Source: Candidatus Dojkabacteria bacterium (GTDB lineage Bacteria; Patescibacteriota; Dojkabacteria; J137). Taken from it: a stretch of DNA of 64,000 nucleotides. Positions 1 to 9,873 of this stretch are shown here, piece by piece (the first letter of the stretch is position 1; each line of letters opens with the position of its first letter). A program made the translations under genes and the position numbers. Below the pieces are notes generated by a model. It made no database searches, was not told where the DNA came from, and saw nothing but the letters and a program-made list of their open reading frames with translations. The stretch covers positions 779,916-843,915 of the forward strand of contig AP024679.1 in the NCBI GenBank assembly GCA_025999215.1. Reading direction: 5' to 3'.

Positions 1-765
1 TTCTTGACCATAATTATTTAATTTTTGACCTTGAGCATCAACCAGATTTTCACCCTGCCTTGCAACCGTATCATATCTACCTTTTAATTTAACCCTTGAT
101 CTTACTTCTGCAATTTTCATCATCAACTCTTCGCTTTTCGCTTTATAATTTGGATCAGACATGTCTAAATTTTCTAACTGAGTTTGCAATAGATTTATTT
201 CTTGCTCTGGGGACAAGCTATTTTCATTTTGAAAATTTTTCGGTTGTTTAGAATTAACGGACTTACTTTCTTCATTCTGAAATTCTTGTGCGTATACTCT
301 TTGAAAATTTTGATCCTTAACTTGATTTTCATCATTATCAGATTGTTGATTGGAGTTTGAAGTCTGAGTTACAAACAGCTTGTCTAGAGGGATCTCAGAA
401 ATATCAATTTTTTTTCTGTTCTTTGCAGCTTGAATTGTTTCTTTATCTGGTTTTACTGAGCTACTTTTATTTAATAGCTCGTAATTGACTTTATCTTTAA
501 TCCAAACATATCTGGGAGATATAAACAAGGCTTTTGTAAAACCTGTTATCCATGTTTGAAAGGTTGGTACCAAAGCGCTTAAAACACCAACCAGTATTGA
601 ACCTGCAACAAAGGGAAATTTCACAAAAAAATTTATTGGAAGTATGAAAAAAAATAATCCTACCATGCAACCAATCAACATCTTTCCAAATTGTTTCAAT
701 GTAAAACTTCCAAAAAGCTTAAACTCTATATCCAAAATATTTTGTGGGACAGGATGAGGTTCCAT
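1..765 (-). CDS. Membrane protein with two N-terminal TM helices and a long Q/N/E-rich low-complexity tail (PrgI-like?). The start codon is at 763..765 and the 3' end runs off the window
   Basis: Hand translation of the minus strand from ATG 765 gives MEPHPVPQNILDIEF..., then two hydrophobic helices (MLIGCMVGLFFFILPINFF / FVAGSILVGVLSALVPTF), then a charged/polar tail. The frame stays open to position 1. It is absent from the ORF track, presumably because it is truncated. Confidence 0.45.
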   Translation of the reverse strand, partial: MEPHPVPQNILDIEFKLFGSFTLKQFGKMLIGCMVGLFFFILPINFFVKFPFVAGSILVGVLSALVPTFQTWITGFTKALFISPRYVWIKDKVNYELLNKSSSVKPDKETIQAAKNRKKIDISEIPLDKLFVTQTSNSNQQSDNDENQVKDQNFQRVYAQEFQNEESKSVNSKQPKNFQNENSLSPEQEINLLQTQLENLDMSDPNYKAKSEELMMKIAEVRSRVKLKGRYDTVARQGENLVDAQGQKLNNYGQE

Positions 766-825
766 AATAATAGTTTACAGCATTATTAAGTTTTTGTAAA
801 AAAGAAGAGTTTTGGAGCTTGAATT

Positions 826-902
826 TGGCGAGGTGGACGGGATTCGAACCCGCAACCTCTCGCGTGACAGGCGAGTGCTCTAACCAATTGAGCTACCACC
901 CC
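826..902 (-). tRNA. tRNA-Asp (anticodon GTC), CCA encoded
   Basis: The reverse complement folds as a cloverleaf: acceptor GGGGTGG/CCACCTC, D arm GCTC..GAGC, anticodon stem CTCGC/GCGAG with loop CTGTCAC, T arm GCGGG TTCGAAT CCCGT, then GCCA. Confidence 0.85.
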
Positions 903-985
903 ATTGATAAGAGATTTTACATTAAACTTTTAACTTTTACAAGTAATCGAGTAATATTGTATAATATTTTGCACATTTTACAAGT

Positions 986-1070
986 GCTGCGGTGGCGGAA
1001 TTGGTATACGCGCAACGTTGAGGTCGTTGTGGGAGTTAATCCCGTGGAGGTTCGAGTCCTCTCCGCAGCA
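986..1070 (+). tRNA. tRNA-Ser (anticodon TGA), type II with a long variable arm; no encoded CCA
   Basis: Acceptor GCTGCGG/CCGCAGC, anticodon stem CAACG/CGTTG with loop TTGAGGT, a long variable arm (GTGGGAGTTAATCCCGTG), T arm GAGG TTCGAGT CCTC, discriminator A. Confidence 0.8.
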
Positions 1071-1078
1071 TTTTTATT

Positions 1079-1783
1079 ATGGTTAAGCTCAAAAACAAAC
1101 AGACACTTTACTTCCCAAAATTAGAAAAATACTTACACCATGGAATCTCATGGAATGCTCCCAACATGAGTTATAAATTTGAATCAAGTGAAATTGTTAG
1201 GAAAAATATTGAAACTTTTCTAATGTTAAATAAAGTTGAAAGTAATAAAAATAAGTTGCATCTTTTATGCGAACATAAGGACAAAATAATTTTTGTAGAT
1301 AAAAGTAAGATTGTTAATAAAAATTCATTTTTTAACGTAGATTGCCTAATTACAAATTCAAGCCAAAACTTAATTTTGGTTAAACCTGCTGATTGTGCTA
1401 TCTCTATAATCTATGCAAAAAACAAAAAAGATGAGTTCGTAACAGTAATGCACGCAGGACGAGCAGGAATAGACTTAGAGCTTCCTAAAAAAACAATTAG
1501 ATTTTTGACTGAAAAATTAAATGTTCAACATGAATCAATTAGAATTGGAATTAGTCCAATGATCTCAAAAGAACACTATTTTATAATGCAAAAAGATTTA
1601 AATCTGATTAAAGAGATTAATAAATGGAAAAATTTTGTGAAATTTAAAAATGAAAAAATTTTTCTAGATTTAAAAGGATATTTACTTAATCAATTTTATG
1701 ATTGTGGAATAGATGAATATCAAATTTATGACTCTAATTTAGATACTTTTACAAATGCACAAATTGGGAAAACATTCTCATAA
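1079..1783 (+). CDS. YfiH/PgeF (DUF152, LACC1) family purine nucleoside phosphorylase / peptidoglycan-editing-factor-like protein. The true start is probably an internal Met
   Basis: Motif ...VKPADCAISIIYA...VMHAGRAGIDLE matches the family pattern tADC.P....vHAGWRG. Confidence 0.5.
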   Translation: MVKLKNKQTLYFPKLEKYLHHGISWNAPNMSYKFESSEIVRKNIETFLMLNKVESNKNKLHLLCEHKDKIIFVDKSKIVNKNSFFNVDCLITNSSQNLILVKPADCAISIIYAKNKKDEFVTVMHAGRAGIDLELPKKTIRFLTEKLNVQHESIRIGISPMISKEHYFIMQKDLNLIKEINKWKNFVKFKNEKIFLDLKGYLLNQFYDCGIDEYQIYDSNLDTFTNAQIGKTFS

Positions 1784-1836
1784 ATTTTCTAAAATGTATA
1801 ATAAAAAAGAAGGTAGAATGCTTATATTTGCAGGTC

Positions 1837-2850
1837 TTAGGTAAATACTTTTGAAAAATTTTCATAAGTAAAAATTCCGTACAAAATTTTTCCTAATTTT
1901 TTGGGATCATGCCTAACCAAGCTTCTTTTTAACTCATCTCCTTTATCTTTTTTAGTTACCTTACTATTTAAAAAATTTGCTCTTATAACTTCATAATTTG
2001 TTTTATCTAAGTCATCTTCCAACACATACTCATTTTCTTCTTTATACCTTTCTATAATTTGAGGATTAATTTTACTCTTGTTGTGTAAAATATAATGAGG
2101 TTTGATTTTGGAATACTTAACAACCTCGTTAACTAAATCGCTAGCTTTCATCCACTGAGTTTGTCCTAATTTAGTCATTAAGTTGGTAATTAAAATTATT
2201 TTCGCTTTAGTTTTCTGTAAAGCCTCACTAATACCATCAATTACCAAATTAGCAAGAGTGCTTGTATACAAATCACCAGGACCAATGATTATAAAATCAC
2301 TATCTAAAATAGCTTTTATAGATTCCTTTGTAGCTTTAGCTTTGGGTTCAACACTTAATTTAACAATTTTAGAGTATTTTAGATCATCGTCTTCAGGTTC
2401 ATCAATTAGGTGTTCACTTTTAATCTTTTTGCCATTTTCATAATGTGCAACCAAAATAGTATTATCCCTCGTTACCGGAATTATATTTCCTTTGACATTA
2501 AACAGTTTAGATAATTTTTTAACAGCTTCAAGCTCACTACCGTAGATATCTGTGAGAGCCATCATCATTAAATTTCCTAATGTGTGTCCACGTAATCCTT
2601 CACCTTTTGAAAATCTATATGTAAACATATCTCGCAGGAGCTTATCATTTGTTTCAGCCAAGGCAATAATTGATTTTCGCAAATCACTCAATGGTAGCAA
2701 ACCAAATTCATCTCGAACAACCGCATTACTGCCACCATCATCAGTCATGTTAACAATAACTGTGAGTTCCAAATCTGGATAATTTTTTAAACCGTTTAAA
2801 ACAGGCATCGTACCAGTTCCTCCTCCTATGACCGTTATTCTTTTTTTCAT
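1837..2850 (-). CDS. YvcK/CofD-like gluconeogenesis factor (UPF0052)
   Basis: N-terminus MKKRITVIGGGTGTMPVLNGLK...; length 337 aa; the family typically carries the GGGTG P-loop-like start. Confidence 0.75.
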   Translation of the reverse strand: MKKRITVIGGGTGTMPVLNGLKNYPDLELTVIVNMTDDGGSNAVVRDEFGLLPLSDLRKSIIALAETNDKLLRDMFTYRFSKGEGLRGHTLGNLMMMALTDIYGSELEAVKKLSKLFNVKGNIIPVTRDNTILVAHYENGKKIKSEHLIDEPEDDDLKYSKIVKLSVEPKAKATKESIKAILDSDFIIIGPGDLYTSTLANLVIDGISEALQKTKAKIILITNLMTKLGQTQWMKASDLVNEVVKYSKIKPHYILHNKSKINPQIIERYKEENEYVLEDDLDKTNYEVIRANFLNSKVTKKDKGDELKRSLVRHDPKKLGKILYGIFTYENFSKVFT

Positions 2851-2903
2851 AAAATTATTTTATCAATTAGTGAGAAAATTTAAAAAAGTAAAACGCAGAG
2901 GAA

Positions 2904-3182
2904 TTATTTTACATCTACTTCATTTGGCAAAACATGCACCTTTTTTAGATGTCTTTTGTAGCCAGTCATCCTAACAAATTTAACCACTCCATTTGCAACA
3001 GCAAACAATGTGTGGTCTCTACCCATTTTTACATTTTTTCCAGGATGAAATTTAGTACCTCGTTGTCTAACAATGATATCACCAGGTTTTACGACTTCTC
3101 CCCCAAACTTTTTGATACCAAGTCGCTTACCTGCTACATCTACATTACGTTTTGCTGCTCCTGATCCCTGTTTATGTGCCAT
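2904..3182 (-). CDS. rpmA: 50S ribosomal protein L27
   Basis: [13 protein letters not shown]...[14 protein letters not shown], 92 aa. Confidence 0.9.
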   Translation of the reverse strand: MAHKQGSGAAKRNVDVAGKRLGIKKFGGEVVKPGDIIVRQRGTKFHPGKNVKMGRDHTLFAVANGVVKFVRMTGYKRHLKKVHVLPNEVDVK

Positions 3183-3192
3183 TAATTTCTAT

Positions 3193-3507
3193 TTAAAAAT
3201 TAATTTTGACAACTTCAAATGAAGTTAATTGTTTTCTATGTCCGTGAACTCTTCTATATCTTGATTTTGCTTTATATACAGCTGTTCTAACTTTTTCTCC
3301 TTTCTCATGACCTTTTACATTTATTGTAACTTCAGCTCCTTCCACATTCGGATTACCCAACTTCACTTGTTTTTCATCACCAACCGCTAAAACCTCTGCA
3401 ACTTTATGATTCCCACTCCCTACAGAGAATTTTGGAACTTTATATTCCTTTCCTTCCTCGATAACATATTGTTTAGCACCTAGCTTTACCACCGCAAATT
3501 TTGCCAT
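3193..3507 (-). CDS. rplU: 50S ribosomal protein L21
   Basis: MAKFAVVKLGAKQYVIEEG..., 104 aa, immediately upstream of rpmA. Confidence 0.85.
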   Translation of the reverse strand: MAKFAVVKLGAKQYVIEEGKEYKVPKFSVGSGNHKVAEVLAVGDEKQVKLGNPNVEGAEVTINVKGHEKGEKVRTAVYKAKSRYRRVHGHRKQLTSFEVVKINF

Positions 3508-3579
3508 TTTTCTAAATTAAACACTAATATTTTATACTAAGTAGAATATTTTAACAAGACTCCAGAAAAAAAACAATAT

Positions 3580-5358
3580 TTAAAGCTCTAAACTTTTACT
3601 TTTTATTTTTTCTCCTAGCCTATCGATAAAACTATCAACTTGCATTTCTCCCAAAACCTCTTCAGTTCTAAGTCTAACGTTAACAGTTTGATTTAACCTC
3701 TCTTTCTCACCAAGTATTAACATGTAGGGAATCTTTTTAAGCTGTGCATTTCTAATTTTTTTCTGTATTTTTTCTGATTCGTCCATCAGCTCAATTCTAG
3801 CGTTAGGAATTTTTTCTAAAATCCTATTTTTAATTTCTATTGCATAACCAAGAACTTTATCACTCACTGGTATAATTGCGACCTGCTCAGGATGTAGCCA
3901 CAAAGGAAAACTACCGTTAAACCTTTCAATTAAAAATGCAATAGTTCGCTCTATCGCTCCAACAGATGATCTATGAATCACCACGGCTTCTTCTTCGTTT
4001 CCATCTTGATTAATAAATTTTAACCCAAATCGTTTTGGCATTACAAAATCATACTGAACTGTAAAAGCCGTATCTTCCTTTCCATTAACATTTCTCATCT
4101 GTATATCAATTTTTGGACCATAAAACGCAGCTTCATTCTGAGCCTCAACACTCTTTACTACTCTTTTTTTCAAAACATTTCTCAATACATTTTCTGCATA
4201 ATCCCAAGACTCATCATCTTTATAATATTTTTTATCATCTTGACGGTCTCCTAGAGATAACCTATATGAATAATCTTCGTTAGGTTTTAGACCAAAAAGG
4301 TGACAAATATACTCAATCAATTCAAGAGCATTTTCTATTTCTTGTTCAGCCTTTTCTCTCATGGTTACTATATGGGCATCTGCCAAACAAAAACTTCTAA
4401 CCCTGATTAAACCAGTTAACTCCCCTGATTTTTCATATCTATAAAGCTTTGCAAGTTCTGCAATTCTCATCGGCAACTCTTTGTAACTTCTTGGTCGTGA
4501 TAAATACAACTGAAAATGATGAGGACAAGTCATTGGCCTTAGCATATACTCTTCATCATCTATAGTGATCGGTGCATACATTGAATCTTTGTAGTAAGGG
4601 TAATGCCCTGATTTTCGATACAATTCTAAATTTGCTATGTCTGGAGTGTAAACGTGCTGGTAACCACGTTTTATTTCTTCGTCAACAATGAATCTTTCAA
4701 GTTCTCTTCTGATTACTGCGCCTCGTGGAGTCCAAAGAGGAAGACCACTTCCAACTAGTTCCGAAAAAACAATTAAATCTTGTTCTTTCATAATTTTTTT
4801 ATGATCTCTCTTTTTGGCCTCTTCAAGCATTTCTAAATATTTTGATAAAGCTTCTTTGGTGGGCCAAGCCGTTCCATGAACTCGAGTTAGCATTTCATTT
4901 TTTTCATCACCTCTCCAGTAAGCGCCTGAAATAGATAGTAACTTGAATGCTCCAATTTCCGATGTTCTACTAACATGTGGACCTTTACATAAATCATAAT
5001 ACTGATCTCCAGTCCAATAGATTGTTAGGGTTTTACCAGCTTCTGTATGTTCTTTAATCCATTCTTGTTTGAATGGATTGTCTTTAAACATTTCCATGGC
5101 TTGCTCAAAAGTTACTTCTTGAGCAGTAATTTCTAAATCAGCTTTAATTATCTCATGCATTTTTTTCTCAATTTGCGTTAGCATATCTTCAGTTAACTCA
5201 ATGCTCCATCTAGCATCATTCGAAAACCCTCTCTCAGTTATGTGAGCAACAGCCAAAACGACTTTATCTCCATACAACTCTTTAACAGCCTGCGCAAAAA
5301 TATGTTCAGCTGAGTGATTAATTTTATATAATTCTTCTTCTGAAAAGTTCAAAATCAT
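3580..5358 (-). CDS. thrS: Threonyl-tRNA synthetase (no TGS domain)
   Basis: HSAEH editing-domain motif; class II motifs including RVRSFCLADAHI; anticodon-binding C-terminus; 592 aa. Confidence 0.85.
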   Translation of the reverse strand: MILNFSEEELYKINHSAEHIFAQAVKELYGDKVVLAVAHITERGFSNDARWSIELTEDMLTQIEKKMHEIIKADLEITAQEVTFEQAMEMFKDNPFKQEWIKEHTEAGKTLTIYWTGDQYYDLCKGPHVSRTSEIGAFKLLSISGAYWRGDEKNEMLTRVHGTAWPTKEALSKYLEMLEEAKKRDHKKIMKEQDLIVFSELVGSGLPLWTPRGAVIRRELERFIVDEEIKRGYQHVYTPDIANLELYRKSGHYPYYKDSMYAPITIDDEEYMLRPMTCPHHFQLYLSRPRSYKELPMRIAELAKLYRYEKSGELTGLIRVRSFCLADAHIVTMREKAEQEIENALELIEYICHLFGLKPNEDYSYRLSLGDRQDDKKYYKDDESWDYAENVLRNVLKKRVVKSVEAQNEAAFYGPKIDIQMRNVNGKEDTAFTVQYDFVMPKRFGLKFINQDGNEEEAVVIHRSSVGAIERTIAFLIERFNGSFPLWLHPEQVAIIPVSDKVLGYAIEIKNRILEKIPNARIELMDESEKIQKKIRNAQLKKIPYMLILGEKERLNQTVNVRLRTEEVLGEMQVDSFIDRLGEKIKSKSLEL

Positions 5359-5481
5359 AACAGCATCTTAATATGCTCTAATTCTAACAAATAAAAAGCT
5401 AATTCTCAATAATAGTTGTTTTAAAAAACTTAATGTTTGAAAGATAGTTAAATTAAAATTAAATTCTGTTATACTTTAATC

Positions 5482-7329
5482 ATGTGTGGAATTGTTGGAT
5501 ACACTGGAACCAAATTAGAGGGCATCATTGAAAAAATGAATCAAGCTATCATTCATCGTGGCCCAAATGATAGCGCATACATAAAACACCCAAACTTTCA
5601 TCTGGGTTTTAGAAGATTATCAATAGTTGACCTTTCAAAAAATATTTATCCAATAAAAAATGAATCAAAAAACATTGAACTTTTCCTGAACGGAGAAATT
5701 TATAATTACAAAGAATTAAGAAATCTTTTAGAAAAAAAAGGACATGTTTTTAAAACTAACTCTGACTCAGAAGCAATAGTTCATGGTTACGAAGAGTGGG
5801 GAGAAAATGTTGTTGAAAAATTGAGGGGAATGTTTGCCTTCACACTACTTGATCGAACAAAAAATGAACTTTTCATTGCTCGCGATAGGCTAGGCATAAA
5901 ACCTTTTTATTTTACAAATTTTAAAAATAGAATAATTTTTGCGTCAGAAATTAAAGCCATATTAACAGGCTTTGATATTCAAAGAAAAATTGATGAGCTA
6001 ACTTTGTTTAGATTTTTGACATCAAGGGTGCACGATATTGAAAATGAAACTTTCTTTGAAAATATTAAAAGCCTTCCTCGAGGGCATTACATGAAAATAA
6101 AACCTGATGGAAATTTCACTGTAACTAAGTATTGGCATCCAACCTACAATTCTAATTTTAAATCTAGCAAAAAAGATAGCGAATATGCAAGTGAGTTTTT
6201 GGAAAAACTAACTGAAACTATACGAATTCATTTAATCGGTGATGTCCCGGTCGGTGTTACACTGTCGGGTGGTCTTGATTCGAGTGGAATTACATCTCTT
6301 GCACATAAAATTTATACAGAGGAATACGGCAAAGCTAACATGTTTGCGTTTTCGGCAGTTCATCCAGGAGAAACTGTTGATGAAACAGAATATATTGATT
6401 CCGTTGTCAAAAGTACTGGTGTTGAGTCTGTGAAAATTCAACCAAAAGTTGAAAATTTTTGGAATGATTTAGACTCTTGGATGTACTATCAGGAAGAACC
6501 TGTAATAAGTGGCGCTCCATATGCATACAGTGTTGTAATGAAGGAAGCAAGTAAAAAAGTTACAGTTTTATTAAGCGGTCAAGGTGGAGACGAATTACTC
6601 GCCGGATACATTCCTTATTTTATGTCATATTTTAAGTCTGCGCTAAATTCTGGAAATTACTGGAGCGCGATTAGGGAAATATTCATGGGTGAAGATTTGT
6701 ATTGGGGATTTGCTATAAAAAAATTCATACAAAAATTAAATTTGAAAAATGTGCTCTCCTCTGATTCACTTCTTAATGAAAATTTTTATAAAACATATAA
6801 CGGAAATCAATTTAAATTTAAAAACTTTGATAATTTAAACGCAAGATTGTTTGAAGATGTAACATCAAGCACAACCCCTGCACTTCTCAGGTATGAAGAT
6901 AAAAACTCAATGAGCCATTCGCTAGAATCTCGCGTTCCTCTACTAGATCACGAAATGGTAGAATTTATTTTCAATTTACCAATTGATCAAAAAATTAAAT
7001 TTGGATGGAATAGGTTTGTGTACAGAAATGCACTCAAAGGAATAATCCCAGAAAAAAATAGAAAAAGAAGAAGTAAAATTGGGTTTACAAATCCAGAATG
7101 GGAATGGATAGAAAGGAAAGCCGATAAATTTAGAGAAATTTTTCAATCTGATAGTTTCAAAAGCAGACCTTATTGGAATGCAGAAAATGTTTTAACTAAT
7201 TTTAATTTGATGTTAAAAAATAAAATCTCTGGTGATCCTCTTTATTTTTGGAGAATTTTTATTTCAGAAATTTGGATGCAAAACTACATTGACAATTTTA
7301 ACACTCCAAAAACAATAAAAAGCAATTAA
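5482..7329 (+). CDS. asnB: Asparagine synthetase (glutamine-hydrolysing)
   Basis: MCGIVGY N-terminal nucleophile; SGGLDSS PP-loop; 615 aa. Confidence 0.85.
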   Translation: MCGIVGYTGTKLEGIIEKMNQAIIHRGPNDSAYIKHPNFHLGFRRLSIVDLSKNIYPIKNESKNIELFLNGEIYNYKELRNLLEKKGHVFKTNSDSEAIVHGYEEWGENVVEKLRGMFAFTLLDRTKNELFIARDRLGIKPFYFTNFKNRIIFASEIKAILTGFDIQRKIDELTLFRFLTSRVHDIENETFFENIKSLPRGHYMKIKPDGNFTVTKYWHPTYNSNFKSSKKDSEYASEFLEKLTETIRIHLIGDVPVGVTLSGGLDSSGITSLAHKIYTEEYGKANMFAFSAVHPGETVDETEYIDSVVKSTGVESVKIQPKVENFWNDLDSWMYYQEEPVISGAPYAYSVVMKEASKKVTVLLSGQGGDELLAGYIPYFMSYFKSALNSGNYWSAIREIFMGEDLYWGFAIKKFIQKLNLKNVLSSDSLLNENFYKTYNGNQFKFKNFDNLNARLFEDVTSSTTPALLRYEDKNSMSHSLESRVPLLDHEMVEFIFNLPIDQKIKFGWNRFVYRNALKGIIPEKNRKRRSKIGFTNPEWEWIERKADKFREIFQSDSFKSRPYWNAENVLTNFNLMLKNKISGDPLYFWRIFISEIWMQNYIDNFNTPKTIKSN

Positions 7330-7353
7330 ATATTTTTTGCTATAATCTTTTGC

Positions 7354-8505
7354 ATGAATGAAGAACTATTGAGTCTAAAATTCCCTATTGTAGGTTTATC
7401 TCCGATGGATGGAGTTACTGATACTGCTTTTCGTCAAGTTGTAAAATCAAAAAGTAATCCTGATATTGTTTTTACTGAGTTTGTGCATGTTAGAGCTCTG
7501 ACAGAAGCAACAGGAAATGTAATTAAAATGTTAGATTACGAAGAAATTGAAAGACCAATTTTTGCACAAATTTATGGATCAGATCCCGAATATTTTTACC
7601 ACATTGCTAAGCTTGTTGTGGCGCTTGGTTTTGATGGGGTTGATATAAACATGGGTTGCCCTGCAAAAAATGTAGCAAGCAGCGGGGCAGGGGCAGCTTT
7701 AATAAAAACTCCAATCAAAGCTCAAGACATTATAAAAGCTACAAAGCAAGGCGTTGAGGATTGGGTAAGCAATGGTAAATTAACAGGATTATCAAACAAG
7801 TCATTAGAAATAGTAAAGAGACAAATTGAAAAAAACAGACAAAAATTTTTAAAAATTGAAAAAAGTATAAGTGCAATTTCAAATGGCCAAAAAAATCTTT
7901 TGGGGCTAAGAACTTTAGTACCAGTTACAGTCAAAACTCGTATTGGTTATGATTCAATTGTTACAGAAGAGTGGATTGAGAATTTAGTTAAAGCTAATCC
8001 TTACTGGATTGCTATACATGGAAGAACCTTAAAACAAATGTATAATGGAGAAGCAAACTGGAATGAACTTAAAAAAGCGGTTCAAATTAGCCCAATTCCG
8101 ATCATAACTAATGGTGATGTAAAAACTTTTTTTGATATAGAGCGGATGTTAAATTTTACTGGAAGTAGCGGTGTATTGGTTGGAAGGGCAAGTTTTGGAA
8201 ACCCATGGATATTTCAAAATCCTAAAATGTTGCAAGAAAAAATTAAAAATACTAAACAAGCCTATGAAATTATTAAAAATGTGATAATTGAACATTCTCA
8301 AATCCATACTCAAAGTAAATCTAACCCCAAAGAATTTTTTCAAATGAGAAAACACTTTGGTTGGTACTGTAAAACTTTGCAATCGTGGTTTAATTATTTA
8401 AAGCAAACTCGAGCAAAGGCTGGAAAATTCTCTAGTGTAAAAGACTTAAAAATAGCTTTAATGAAGGTAAGCAGTATTGAAGAAGTTATTGAAATATTAT
8501 CTTAA
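7354..8505 (+). CDS. dus: tRNA-dihydrouridine synthase
   Basis: LSPMDGVTDTAFRQ...; TIM-barrel Dus signature region; 383 aa. Confidence 0.8.
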   Translation: MNEELLSLKFPIVGLSPMDGVTDTAFRQVVKSKSNPDIVFTEFVHVRALTEATGNVIKMLDYEEIERPIFAQIYGSDPEYFYHIAKLVVALGFDGVDINMGCPAKNVASSGAGAALIKTPIKAQDIIKATKQGVEDWVSNGKLTGLSNKSLEIVKRQIEKNRQKFLKIEKSISAISNGQKNLLGLRTLVPVTVKTRIGYDSIVTEEWIENLVKANPYWIAIHGRTLKQMYNGEANWNELKKAVQISPIPIITNGDVKTFFDIERMLNFTGSSGVLVGRASFGNPWIFQNPKMLQEKIKNTKQAYEIIKNVIIEHSQIHTQSKSNPKEFFQMRKHFGWYCKTLQSWFNYLKQTRAKAGKFSSVKDLKIALMKVSSIEEVIEILS

Positions 8506-8509
8506 TTTT

Positions 8510-9865
8510 TTAACCAACACTTCCCTTCATGCTCATCCTTATCAAATCATTCATTTCCATAGCATACTCCATTGGCAGCTCTTTTGCAATTGGTTCCACA
8601 AAACCTGATACTATTAATCCTCCTGCTTCCTCTTCGCTCAATCCTCTACTTGTTAAATAATACAATTGATTTTCTGATATTTTTGAAACGCTTGCTTCGT
8701 GCTCCACTCTACCTGTATTTTCATAAATTTCGTTATACGGATAAGTATCCGTTTGGGAGTCATCGTCAAGTATCAAGGCATCGCAAATTACTTTAGTTTT
8801 TGAATTTTGAGAGCTTTGTGAAACCTTCACTAAACCTCTATAGCTTGTTCTTCCGCCATTTTTACAAATTGATTTTGTAGTAATTACACCTGATGTATTT
8901 TTACCAATGTGAATCATTTTGGCACCACTATCAATGTGTTGCCCGTTGTCGGCCATAGAAACCGAAAGAACTTCACCACGAGCATTATTTCCAACAAGTA
9001 TGACGCTTGGATATTTCATAGTAACTCTAGATCCCAAATTACAATCAACCCATTCAATGACTGCATCCTCATATGCTAAACCTCGCTGAGTAACTAAGTT
9101 ATAAACATTTTTTGACCAATTCTGAACAGTCGTGTATCTAATTCTTGCACCCTTCAGTGCAATCAATTCAATAACCCCTGAGTGTAAAATATCAGAACTA
9201 TATGTTGGAGCGGAACAACCTTCAACATATTGAACCTCTGATCCTTCATCGGCAATTATTAAAGTTCTTTCGAATTGTCCTAAGTTTTGAGTTTGAATAT
9301 AAAAATACGCTTGAAGAGGAACTGTTACTTTTACACCTTTAGGAACATAAACAAAACTTCCTCCACTCCAAGCTGCAGTATTGAGGGCAGCATATTTATT
9401 ATCGGTATAGGGAATCGCTTTTCCAAAAAATTTTTTAAAAATTTCCTCATGTTCCTTAAGGCCAGTGTCTGTATCAGTAAAAATCACACCTTTGCTCTCC
9501 CACTGCTCTTTAATTCGTCCATAAACAACATTTGAATCATACTGAGTTTCTACTCCTGCCAAAAATTTTCTTTCAGCCTCTGGAATTTTTAATTCCTCAA
9601 AAGTTTTTTTCATATCAGTTGGAACTTCATCCCAGTTTCTGTTCTTCTTTGATCCGGGGACTACATAAAACCTTATATCCTCATCTTTTAACTGTGACAA
9701 ATCTGGACCCCACGTTGGAACTTTCCTTGAAACATAATGCTCATAAGCCTTCAATCTCAAATCTCTCATCCAAGTTGGTTCTTCTTTATAAACTGATATT
9801 GCCTCAATGACCTCTCTTGATAAACCAGGATTTTGTAAGATTTTTATTGCTTCGTTTTTGTTCAT
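8510..9865 (-). CDS. sufB: Fe-S cluster assembly protein SufB
   Basis: 451 aa; conserved SufB/D C-terminus ...HEASVSKISENQLYYLTSRGLSEEEAGGLIVSGF. Confidence 0.85.
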   Translation of the reverse strand: MNKNEAIKILQNPGLSREVIEAISVYKEEPTWMRDLRLKAYEHYVSRKVPTWGPDLSQLKDEDIRFYVVPGSKKNRNWDEVPTDMKKTFEELKIPEAERKFLAGVETQYDSNVVYGRIKEQWESKGVIFTDTDTGLKEHEEIFKKFFGKAIPYTDNKYAALNTAAWSGGSFVYVPKGVKVTVPLQAYFYIQTQNLGQFERTLIIADEGSEVQYVEGCSAPTYSSDILHSGVIELIALKGARIRYTTVQNWSKNVYNLVTQRGLAYEDAVIEWVDCNLGSRVTMKYPSVILVGNNARGEVLSVSMADNGQHIDSGAKMIHIGKNTSGVITTKSICKNGGRTSYRGLVKVSQSSQNSKTKVICDALILDDDSQTDTYPYNEIYENTGRVEHEASVSKISENQLYYLTSRGLSEEEAGGLIVSGFVEPIAKELPMEYAMEMNDLIRMSMKGSVG

Positions 9866-9873
9866 AACACAAT

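Noticed and set aside
819-1124. Track ORF of 101 aa on the plus strand
   Set aside because: It spans the antisense of tRNA-Asp and all of tRNA-Ser, so its sequence is explained by the two tRNA genes.
2183-2782. Two antisense ORFs (86 and 76 aa) inside yvcK
   Set aside because: They are embedded in a well-supported CDS on the opposite strand, with no supporting features.
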